Below, piece after piece: positions 52,801-60,277 of a stretch of DNA of 64,000 bases. This DNA comes from a virus: IMG/VR virus record IMGVR_UViG_3300046333_000090; one strand, written 5' to 3'. The position numbers were made by a program, and so were the translations under genes. Every line of letters starts with the position of its first letter. Within the stretch, counting starts at the first letter, position 1. The notes under the pieces are model-generated. The model saw only the letters and a program-made list of their open reading frames with translations, was not told the DNA's origin and did no database searches.

Positions 52801-55175
52801 ACTCTACCGAATTCAACATTGACAGAAAATTTAGCACCACTACCAGTAGTATTGATTACCTTTAATTCTGGACTAGTGAAGTAGTTTATACCACTATTTT
52901 CTACCGATACGGACACAATTACTCCCAATTCTACCACTATACTAAATACCACTCCACTACCAGATTTTAAATATACTTCTGGAGTGGCAGAATATACATC
53001 GGTGTTTGGGATGGCTAATGATTTGTAGTTGATAGGATCAAAGTCAACATCTGATAGTTCTGTAGGTAGAAAATAATATTTACCTACAAAACCAGATATA
53101 TACACGTTTGTAGTGGGAATAGTTAATGGAGTTAGATATTTCCCACCATTAACTATTTTTATTTCTGGGATCTCTGTATACCATTTACCAGGATTTTTTA
53201 TTATTATTCCATTAATTACTCCACTCACATCATAATCAACTTCCAACTCCATATCTATCCCAGTAACATCATTAATATTTCTGGTGACAATTACTTCTGG
53301 CTTTTTATTATATCCACTCAATAAATCTTGGCTGATACCATCCAATGTTATTCTCTTCAAACTTCCATATATTTTTATAATATTGCTGTAATTCTGAGTA
53401 TTAACATACAACTCTGGAATAGATTCATTAATTCTATTCGGTAAAAAATAATCATCCCCATTACTAATAATATCGATATTAGTCAAGTTACCATAGTCAA
53501 TAGTTGCCCCTTTATAACTACAAATTTCTACCCCATTGGTGGTTAAGCCAATACCTTTATTGGTTGGACTTGGTTCGACTATATTATTTTTGATAAATCT
53601 TTTCAGGATAGTTTGTTCCGAAAATGATCTAGTATTCGTAGTACTTACTGGCTTACCATCAGCAGTAATATACATATAATCATCAGTATCATATATACCA
53701 TAAATATTACTCCACACATTGTATTCGGTAGCATCTTTAGTGATTGGAGATATACTATCAAAGATACTATCATTTTTATACCCACTGGCACCATCTAAAA
53801 TCACGGCACCCGACCCACTACTAATTACTGAAAACTGACATTTTTTGTTGCCGGAACTCAATTCAACGGTAGCTGTACGATATTGATTATCGCTATAAAT
53901 TCTATACAATTTTACCACATCTTCGCCAACCATACTATAATTTTGCGTACCAGGAATCAATACATTTCTCGTAATACCAATCAGTTTATTGATAGTCTTA
54001 GATGTATAATTTATATACTCACCATTTAGACTGACTGTACCAGCAGTAGGAAATCCAATAGTAGAATCAACAATAATATCAGTTCCTACTATTGGAATTA
54101 ATTTGGTAGTTGGTGGCACATATAGTGAGTTATTTTTATCAGTGATAATCTTGACTATTACTCTTTCATTATCCCGATAAACTACACTTAAATCCGAGGT
54201 ATAAATACTTATTTTATTCTGTGTTAATACAATATTCTTCTCTGATCTGATCTGCTCAAAATTGGTAGTGGTATCATTTAATTCTAATAATATTTCAGAA
54301 TATACACTGTTGTCAGAATTTGTTTTAATCGTATACTCGTACGGTAATATTACAGAAGGTTCTTCGGTAGTAATATCTATATTGTTTATTACTGCTGTAC
54401 AATTGGTACTAGTTATAGACTCACCAATTCTAAAACTTTTATCAGTTTCGTTCAAATATAATTCATTTATATCGGGGTTCCAATATGTAATTTTACCCTT
54501 CGCGCCACTAATACTGCCAGTAACAATAGAATTGATATCAAAATCACGTTCAAGAATTACTACATTATTATTGTTGTTGTATAGAGTACCAGGATTTACT
54601 ATGGACACCGCAGTAATCACTCCAGCGACTATATTATCTATTTGCAAAACCGCATCAGTACCAGCACCAATCACATCAATTGTTGGTTTGAAATTGTTGT
54701 TATAGCCAGAACCGCCATTAATTATAGTAGCAGTAGCTACGCTGCCATTCAACACTTCTAACAATACTACCGCACCAGAACCTCTCAGCAGTACTTTAAT
54801 TTTGGTGGTAGTGTCATCGAACAACAATTTGAATAACGTTTTGATCGATTCCTCAGTACCTTTGCTGGTGTTGAAATCTTTGATGTGGGGTATTAATGTC
54901 GAGTAATTGATTTTAGGATTCAATTTTTGTGGTAGATTTCCTAGATATTTGTATCTAAACTGGTCTAAGATCAGGTTTTGTTTATCTGTAAGATCTTGTA
55001 TTTTATAGTTTTGAATATTGTAGTACTCAATCAGATTGTTCATCAGATCCAAATTGCCCAACGGCTGTTCTTGAGACTTGTAGTATTCCTCAATGAATTG
55101 TACAAATTTAGGGTAACTCTCTACAATGTGATCTGGTAATAGTGATGAGACGGTGAGACTACTAGTTACTTTCAT
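49869..55175 (-). CDS. gp7: baseplate wedge initiator gp7-like protein with YHYH-type domain
   Basis: LP.HI.E.YPKFV.FIE.YYKSQE, KGTE.SIK.LFKLLF, GSGY repeats, HSPIIGWAFDG.PIYG...TPEFPEG.Y.YF; late promoter at 55207-55214. Confidence 0.8.
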   Translation of the reverse strand: MKVTSSLTVSSLLPDHIVESYPKFVQFIEEYYKSQEQPLGNLDLMNNLIEYYNIQNYKIQDLTDKQNLILDQFRYKYLGNLPQKLNPKINYSTLIPHIKDFNTSKGTEESIKTLFKLLFDDTTTKIKVLLRGSGAVVLLEVLNGSVATATIINGGSGYNNNFKPTIDVIGAGTDAVLQIDNIVAGVITAVSIVNPGTLYNNNNNVVILERDFDINSIVTGSISGAKGKITYWNPDINELYLNETDKSFRIGESITSTNCTAVINNIDITTEEPSVILPYEYTIKTNSDNSVYSEILLELNDTTTNFEQIRSEKNIVLTQNKISIYTSDLSVVYRDNERVIVKIITDKNNSLYVPPTTKLIPIVGTDIIVDSTIGFPTAGTVSLNGEYINYTSKTINKLIGITRNVLIPGTQNYSMVGEDVVKLYRIYSDNQYRTATVELSSGNKKCQFSVISSGSGAVILDGASGYKNDSIFDSISPITKDATEYNVWSNIYGIYDTDDYMYITADGKPVSTTNTRSFSEQTILKRFIKNNIVEPSPTNKGIGLTTNGVEICSYKGATIDYGNLTNIDIISNGDDYFLPNRINESIPELYVNTQNYSNIIKIYGSLKRITLDGISQDLLSGYNKKPEVIVTRNINDVTGIDMELEVDYDVSGVINGIIIKNPGKWYTEIPEIKIVNGGKYLTPLTIPTTNVYISGFVGKYYFLPTELSDVDFDPINYKSLAIPNTDVYSATPEVYLKSGSGVVFSIVVELGVIVSVSVENSGINYFTSPELKVINTTGSGAKFSVNVEFGRVVSVEVINGGSSYFNNPTLVVNYFPNSAVFAATINSWTYNIANNAPIDSTGGYVYNQGDSGVGESNLPDTNFSPQYLQLVHIEPVRTVHSPIIGWAFDGVPIYGAYVDAPRGGVDKLYSSWTLKITTSTNRPTAPLGTFIEDYEYIGGVLDEYNGVFAYTPEFPEGRYCYFATDAFPYFVGNQYKYKFDSYNHLKLQNNCNIPSGSIRIYNDEVKFPSPNNKIYPYLAKVDNISYGAIDDYLIEIPGINYAVGDIIKFEDVNIKIIVSAVSNTGGIIGVNIIDNGINLESIPPHTILSQYGVGAVIIFRSDTIGTIKNIKNITNGDGFGGDPTINYSVDSDVILDIKFNNTITDFIIITNGIGYTENSVVLNNQFSASLVVANSVISRIDIIESDNYFESIPIVSISIGIGATIIPILSKSDINTSIVYYGLTRNNYVAKGKINLYNKIASTLQVKSLFGKFVVNNDYFLWDESGRKIGKIHNVRTAELICTPTSNKTIQDFTDNLDSIITSNNVIADNLTHQQYSYSIKSPHSLIEWKNFVVDNVHMLGNKIYSIYSIDNIVKMYLHRETQINNVIDYKINIENILSILAEKNETDFVINIDSLPEDLYKNTKFKKQYFDYIWNDNDYVHSNYSSFINYDYGDLVWLTENHNRLILEKINSNTVLATDYSIIKFNNLVSRIASNSILYINGVTQHPSYDYSVANNNVTIHQTINDLSDRVSILNLPSSFLTYTDKKVLTNSNTTTLTTNTNLFVPVDVSKLIMFVNNVPNNEFSIVGNNVVFTQNITGTAYGVYSDNFTALNLVSLTNKIYTITNNPTNRNIILFVNGVIQPSANYTTTSTTLTVNSTDFITHLSAWIVDDTIGVDDVYSIVYNSNNDKDVIPAEFKFNIVGGELTGVDIVYAGLHYPRYMMLAVEGVADPAKILLECLNGSIVRAKIIDAGSGLTNTNYTTKLYYYGQIESEHYCMIESDVSIIV

Positions 55176-55230
55176 TTAATAAATTTGATACTTTTATTCA
55201 TATTCATATTTATAGTTATCATGCGTGTAA

Positions 55231-55357
55231 TTATTAAATTTAATAAATGACCTTCTAAAATCAATTAGAAGGTCATTATTTTTATGATTTGGTACTAGTA
55301 GTGATTATTTAAATTATCGTGCCTTACAGGGCATTCTAGACCCCCCCTCAGTGTATG
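55231..55357 (-). repeat. full dispersed repeat copy
   Basis: Core, hairpin and palindrome. Confidence 0.88.
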
Positions 55358-55772
55358 TATGATGTGTTTAAGATATCTAACAATAGACAAAATTGATGGA
55401 ATGATAATTTCAACATATCATTTAAAATAAACCAACTATGTCTTTTTTTGGGGTCACTAATCCACTTCACTTCACTTGTTTTTTAGTCAATTCTAATTCT
55501 GTTTGATATTTTAATAAAAACTCACCAGATATAAATTCTGGCAAGTTTAATTCTGTATATGCCTTATCAGAGATATTATTATAATAATATCTCCATTTAA
55601 AATACAAAGAATTCATTCCATTGTCCTCATTCTTCTTAATAGAATACCCAGTAGTAATTCCTAGTATTCCCTCTGCACATAGGCAAGTTTGATCATTTTT
55701 ATCAACCAAACTACAAAACCCTTGTTTATATTTTGCGAAGTTGTCTTTCAGTTCTTGTAATTTGTTAATCAT
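55348..55772 (-). pseudogene. paralog 4 of the MINKL..LKENF family, frameshifted by a 5-bp duplication
   Basis: GTGAAGTGAAG creates TGA; the other frame gives SWFILNDMLKLSFHQFCLLLDILN, matching the paralog C-termini. Confidence 0.75.
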
Positions 55773-55841
55773 GATAATTTACTCAAAAAAATTAGTTTAT
55801 GTGACTTGAGGGACACTCTAGAACTAGTAGGGGGAGCATAT

Positions 55842-56252
55842 TTATTGTTCATTCAATAAATCTAGCAGCAAAGAAAATTGGGAGAAGGTTAAGTTAATAT
55901 AATCATTAATATCATGCCAAAAAAATGAATCAAATTCTTTATTAATGCTAACAATTTGAAATTTTGTTAATTTTAATTGTTTTTGATGAGTTAATAATAA
56001 AGTTTTAGGAATGGGGTTGGGTAAATTTAATTGTTGATACACACTGCCAGGTATAGTACTATAATAGTATCCTCCATCCAATAGTATCATTTTTATATTA
56101 TTGTGCATAGGAACATTAGCAATTGTTCCCCCCACAGTAATTGCTAATACCCCTTCAGCACATAGAGAACACCCATCAAGAGACACCAATCTTCGGTGAT
56201 ATTGATTATATTTGGCGAAATTCTCTTTTAATTGTTCTAATTTATTAATCAT
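55842..56252 (-). CDS. paralog 3 of the MINKL..LKENF family
   Basis: LCAEG.L motif; start at 56252 by alignment. Confidence 0.75.
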   Translation of the reverse strand: MINKLEQLKENFAKYNQYHRRLVSLDGCSLCAEGVLAITVGGTIANVPMHNNIKMILLDGGYYYSTIPGSVYQQLNLPNPIPKTLLLTHQKQLKLTKFQIVSINKEFDSFFWHDINDYINLTFSQFSLLLDLLNEQ

Positions 56253-56269
56253 GATATATATATATCTAT

Positions 56270-56677
56270 CTATAATTTGTTCAGGATGTCCAGCAGTAAA
56301 ATAAATTGTGGAAAGGTTAATCTGACAATATCGTTTAGATTTGCCCAAGAAATGAGAGAATTAAGACTTTGTAGCATATCTATTTGTCTCGAAGTTAGTT
56401 GTAATTTTTTTGCCCACCAAAGAAGTTCAATTTTTGTTATATATTTGGGTAAATTTAACTCTGTATAATGGTAGCTGGGTATAGAAAACTCAAAATAGCA
56501 ACTATTTTCTTCTTCGTAAACCATATCGTCAGAAAATGAATATTGTTTTTTGATAATTAAACCATTAGATATAGCCAAAATAGCCTCTGCACACAGGCAT
56601 TCGCCAGTCACTAATTTACAAAATCCTTGTTCATATTTGGCAAAATTCTCTTTTAATTGTTCTAATTTATTAATCAT
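56270..56677 (-). CDS. paralog 2 of the MINKL..LKENF family
   Basis: LCAEAIL...W..LND...LTF.QF.LLLDIL. Confidence 0.75.
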   Translation of the reverse strand: MINKLEQLKENFAKYEQGFCKLVTGECLCAEAILAISNGLIIKKQYSFSDDMVYEEENSCYFEFSIPSYHYTELNLPKYITKIELLWWAKKLQLTSRQIDMLQSLNSLISWANLNDIVRLTFPQFILLLDILNKL

Positions 56678-57101
56678 GATATATATATAGTTTGTCCAGA
56701 ATGTCCAGCAGTAAAATAAATTGGGAAAAAGTTAATCTGACCCCATCGTTCAAAGATGCCCAACAAATTTGTTCGCCTTCCTGCATAATAGCCTTAATTT
56801 GCTTTTTTGTCAACTTTAATTGTTCCCCCCATCCTATTAATTTTGATGTAGATATAAGCAACGGCAAATCTAAATTATCATAGATATTATGAGGAATATT
56901 CAAATATAGATATACCCCATTAATACAAAACATGGAGACGTTATGTTCTGGATGAATTTTGATGTCAAGACCAGCAGTAAGTCCTAAAATTCCTTCTGCA
57001 CAAAACTCGTATCCATCTTCATCTGTATTTCTCATCAACCTGCCGTATGTTTGTTCAAATGTGGCGAAGTTTTCTTTTAATTTGGTTATTTTTTCAATCA
57101 T
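56670..57101 (-). CDS. paralog 1 of the MINKL..LKENF family
   Basis: FCAEGIL...WASLND...LTFSQFILLLDIL. Confidence 0.75.
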   Translation of the reverse strand: MIEKITKLKENFATFEQTYGRLMRNTDEDGYEFCAEGILGLTAGLDIKIHPEHNVSMFCINGVYLYLNIPHNIYDNLDLPLLISTSKLIGWGEQLKLTKKQIKAIMQEGEQICWASLNDGVRLTFSQFILLLDILDKLYIYHD

Positions 57102-57145
57102 GATGCTTTCCTCAAAAAATTAATTTTCGTGCGTTGTAGGGCATT

Positions 57146-57352
57146 CTAGCGGTGTTTGGGAAGATATTCTCGCAGTCTGTCCATCTGTTTTAGTTCTTCT
57201 TTGTTTAATGTTGGTTGTAGCACATTAAAAAACTCTACCATTGCTGTTGCTTGTTGTGCTGCACTCTTAGCTGGTAGATCATCTTCGTAATATGCGATTT
57301 CACTTGCTAGGAGTAGTTTAAAGATATTTTCTGCCAGTTGTTTGTCAATCAT
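57146..57352 (-). CDS. hypothetical protein
   Basis: 68-aa ORF with a TTGACA promoter; its stop overlaps a repeat core (57115-57150). Confidence 0.6.
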   Translation of the reverse strand: MIDKQLAENIFKLLLASEIAYYEDDLPAKSAAQQATAMVEFFNVLQPTLNKEELKQMDRLREYLPKHR

Positions 57353-57402
57353 ATATTAATAATGTTGGCTTATTACTAGTATATAACAGATTCTCGTTTT
57401 TG

Positions 57403-57741
57403 TCAAGATAAATCACGAAAAAACTCACCAATTTCTATTTTTTTCCTTTTTATTGAACTAAATAATTTAGGGACTACCCAACCTTGTCTATATCTGGAAT
57501 GTATTGTATTGTAGCTTAGATTAAATGCAATGCACCATTCGCGCAAAGTTTGTTTTTTTTTAATTGGTACGAATTCCCTGTTGCAATATTCACATACTTT
57601 TGATTTCTTTTGATATATATATATATTATGAAATTTTTTATAATCTGATAAATTTTGATATCCATGAGATTTAACATGAAATCTTAAATTATATTTGTCA
57701 TAGAAGTTATTACAATTAACACATATTACACTATTTAACAT
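57403..57741 (-). CDS. zinc-finger/HTH protein, probable endonuclease remnant
   Basis: C..C...H...H, C.YC.REF, then QTLREWC.......TI.SR...GW; no nuclease motif seen. Confidence 0.55.
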   Translation of the reverse strand: MLNSVICVNCNNFYDKYNLRFHVKSHGYQNLSDYKKFHNIYIYQKKSKVCEYCNREFVPIKKKQTLREWCIAFNLSYNTIHSRYRQGWVVPKLFSSIKRKKIEIGEFFRDLS

Positions 57742-57844
57742 AACAGTTAATTTATAAGATAATATAATTATTATAACACAAATCCCCAGAGTTATCCAGG
57801 GATTTGTGTTATGTGTTATTCAGTTTTACATGATGAGGCTTATA

Positions 57845-57937
57845 CTATATGGAGTTGAAATATTCTGCAATAGTTATAATTTTTACTTCATCGGTAATTC
57901 GGTTTTTGATGGTGATTGCGGTGTCACCTGTAACACA
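57845..57937 (-). other. atypically short (30 aa) split-intein N fragment
   Basis: CVTGDTAITIKNRITDEVKIITIAEYFNSI*: intein block-A pattern immediately after the Walker A Lys. Confidence 0.8.
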
Positions 57938-58266
57938 TTTCCCGCTTTGACGAGGTTGTCCCCAATATTAGCTAACCAGTTTATTGATTATGCGGCAATC
58001 GGGGACAAAAAAGGATACTTAACGACAACGAAGCGGTTGCGGTCAAACGTCTTCAGCAATTTTTCCTGATATTTATAAAGTTTTATATTTGTCAACCCTT
58101 TATCCAATGTAACGATTTTGATGTAATTATTTGCAAAATAATTTATATCTTTTTTGCACTTCATAAATTCGTTTACATTATCCTCATCAAATTCTATGTC
58201 TACACCAATTCTTTTTAGGAGCGGATTCGATTGAAAAGAGTTTTCCAGTTCTTTTTTTCTTGCCAT
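57845..58266 (-). CDS. gp17: terminase large subunit gp17, N-terminal fragment: join(58266..58012, 57952..57845), ending in split intein N
   Basis: NPLLKR, EF.KC..D..YFA.NYIKIV.LD.GL..I.LY.YQ, RFVVVKYP | RQSGK (Walker A), then CVTGDT... Confidence 0.88.
57953..58011 (-). other. 59-nt coding gap forming a hairpin between matching CCT codons (candidate ribosomal bypass element)
   Basis: TTGTCCCCGAT...ATTGGGGACAA stem; stops in both the upstream and downstream frames. Confidence 0.7.
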
Positions 58267-58301
58267 TTTTATTTTTGCTTGGATAAGTGTTTGAGTAATA
58301 A

Positions 58302-58309
58302 TATTTATA
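58302..58309 (-). promoter_or_regulatory. T4-type late promoter TATAAATA (others at 671, 4972, 12369, 25372, 27460, 29024, 48860, 55207)
   Basis: Matches the gp55 consensus and lies shortly upstream of late genes. Confidence 0.7.
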
Positions 58310-58350
58310 CGCAATATAAATAAAAATAAAATATGGCAACATATAAAAAT

Positions 58351-59148
58351 TTAGCCTATCATGAATATAGGATATTCCTCCCATTCTGATGACATTTTCG
58401 CCAAAAATGCTTCTTTTTCTCGAACACCGTCGTTGTATAGTGAGTCAGCGTTAAACATCACCCCACTAGGAAGTTGTATATTAGAAAATTTTCTTAGATT
58501 TTGCCCAAATTGTATTTTGACAAGTATTGCGAAATATTCTTTGACGAATCTATCATTATATATCTTCGCAAATTGAACAGGATCGAGTGCGCGTTGACAC
58601 TGAATAATTATAAAACGATCTAACATTGATTCAATATCAAAATCTAGATATAATCTACCATTATTTCTATTAAATTTAATAGCAGTTTCCGCATTCAATA
58701 TATTTATAATGTTTTCAATGCTTTGACGTAGTAGATAAATATCAGTCAGATCTAACATCTGACCACCATAAAAGTTAAACTGTTCCATTATGAAGAATTC
58801 GGGGGATCGACCGAACATGTCATGTAGGTAATTATTATTTGTTCTGGCAACACTAGTAATGCCAATTATATAGTCAGGAACTATTAAAAAGTTTTGATTG
58901 TCAAAGAATGACAATCCACCAGGATTCAATATTTGTGTGTGTGTCTTTTTGTTATCAATATCTTGCTGTGTAATTTTATATTTAAGATACACCTCTTCTG
59001 TGCCGTCATACACACGATCCTGGTATAGTTGGAGTACGTCATCAAGAAGTTGTTCTAACTGGGAATTCTCTACATTTATTTCTATTAGTGGCGCACCTAA
59101 TTTCTTTTTTGCGTAATCAAACAATGCTGTGCGAGAATTTATTGACAT
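58351..59148 (-). CDS. gp13: neck protein gp13
   Basis: SR..L.DY..KKLGAP.IEINV...Q, DG.E..YLKY, YND.FVK.Y...L.K.Q.GQNL.KF..IQLP.GV. Confidence 0.92.
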   Translation of the reverse strand: MSINSRTALFDYAKKKLGAPLIEINVENSQLEQLLDDVLQLYQDRVYDGTEEVYLKYKITQQDIDNKKTHTQILNPGGLSFFDNQNFLIVPDYIIGITSVARTNNNYLHDMFGRSPEFFIMEQFNFYGGQMLDLTDIYLLRQSIENIINILNAETAIKFNRNNGRLYLDFDIESMLDRFIIIQCQRALDPVQFAKIYNDRFVKEYFAILVKIQFGQNLRKFSNIQLPSGVMFNADSLYNDGVREKEAFLAKMSSEWEEYPIFMIG

Positions 59149-59176
59149 TTTATTAAATTTAATAATTTTGTGTTAG

Positions 59177-59584
59177 TTAGGGAAAATTTCCCCCGTCTAT
59201 AAAATAGTCATTATCACCATCATTAGTTGGTGGTATAGCTGTATTTAATATGTCAGTCACCCCTTGAGTCACGGTTATTGTGCCAGAATATAATCTGTAT
59301 ACTGTGTTTGTATCTACTAATGTCGATATATCATATACATATTGCCCAGTCGCCATACTAGAGGTAGTAAGATTAGTCAACTCTATAGTAAATTCTCCTA
59401 ATAATGGATTAGTTTTATTACATAATATATATATAGTTTCTGAAGAATTGTACACTCCTTGTATTGCTCCAGAAATTGCCCAACTGGTAATGTCTTTTGG
59501 TGAGCGATTATCATTCAATATCTTGATTGTTTCTAGAAACGTTGAAAACTGTTTAACTTCATAATTCTTTATAATGGTTTTCAT
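59177..59584 (-). CDS. virion structural protein (BppU-like)
   Basis: G.F.I.LT...TS.M..G.YVYD......YR..SG.ITV..GVT. Confidence 0.65.
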   Translation of the reverse strand: MKTIIKNYEVKQFSTFLETIKILNDNRSPKDITSWAISGAIQGVYNSSETIYILCNKTNPLLGEFTIELTNLTTSSMATGQYVYDISTLVDTNTVYRLYSGTITVTQGVTDILNTAIPPTNDGDNDYFIDGGNFP

Positions 59585-59796
59585 TTTTGTAGTAATTGTT
59601 TTAATAGTGTTGTTATTTCTAATAAACTTTCTGACAACTCTATTACAGAAATTTCTAAATTAACTAATCTGAGATTATTGTTTTGAATATTAGCAAGATT
59701 ATCTATATATTGTTTATACATATCACTATCTTGTAATAGTATAGCACCAGTAATAGGGTCTTTACATAATGATGGTTCAGAGATTATCTTGTACAT
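59581..59796 (-). CDS. small coiled-coil protein
   Basis: L.KDP.TGAIL...Y..Y...EI..LLKQL. Confidence 0.65.
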   Translation of the reverse strand: MYKIISEPSLCKDPITGAILLQDSDMYKQYIDNLANIQNNNLRLVNLEISVIELSESLLEITTLLKQLLQK

Positions 59797-59858
59797 AGTT
59801 ATAATGCTGTATTTATTATATATTTATGTTATAATGATTATATCGTTTATTATTAGTA

Positions 59859-60165
59859 TGGCAAAACTTCGATAAATATAACATATGCCAATGGCAGTAG
59901 CTATAAAACACAAGTTATTATGCCAAGAGTAAATGGTAAGCAAATAAATTTTACTTCTAAAGATCTTAATTCCCTCCAGAATATTCATTTTCAGTTTGGT
60001 ACAGAATCAGGATTAGTGTCTCCAGAACGATACCTCAAAGAAACTCCTAACTGGTTGCCCGATTCTACTATCCAATTCTCACTAGAACAGCAGAATAAAC
60101 TAGACCAATTAATTGAAGCACATTTAGAAAATCAGGCATCTTGGGATAAGCCTATTAGATTCTAA
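59859..60165 (+). pseudogene. internally deleted HNH family copy (C-terminal part only)
   Basis: GSSYKTQVIMPR...QFG..SGLVSPERYL...WDKPIRF; family-type TGTTATAATGATTATA promoter upstream. Confidence 0.8.
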
Positions 60166-60272
60166 GAGGGGTCTGGAATGCCCCACAATGCACGATAACT
60201 ATAAATACGAGTGCTAGTGTCATAATCATAAAAATATGACCTTCTAAAAATCAATTAGAAGGTCATATTTTT
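60164..60272 (+). repeat. dispersed repeat copy fused to the HNH remnant stop
   Basis: GAGGGGTCTGGAATGCCCCACAATGCACGATAACTATAAATA..., then hairpin. Confidence 0.85.
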
Positions 60273-60277
60273 GTATA

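Noticed and set aside
57953-58011. Group I or group II intron in terL
   Set aside because: Only 59 nt. No placement of the boundaries ends in G (group I) or starts GUGYG (group II), and there is no room for a ribozyme core.
58006-58014. Simple frameshift at CCT TTT TT
   Set aside because: The target frame has TAA at 57970-57968 before PRQSGK, and extra residues would disrupt the Walker A region.
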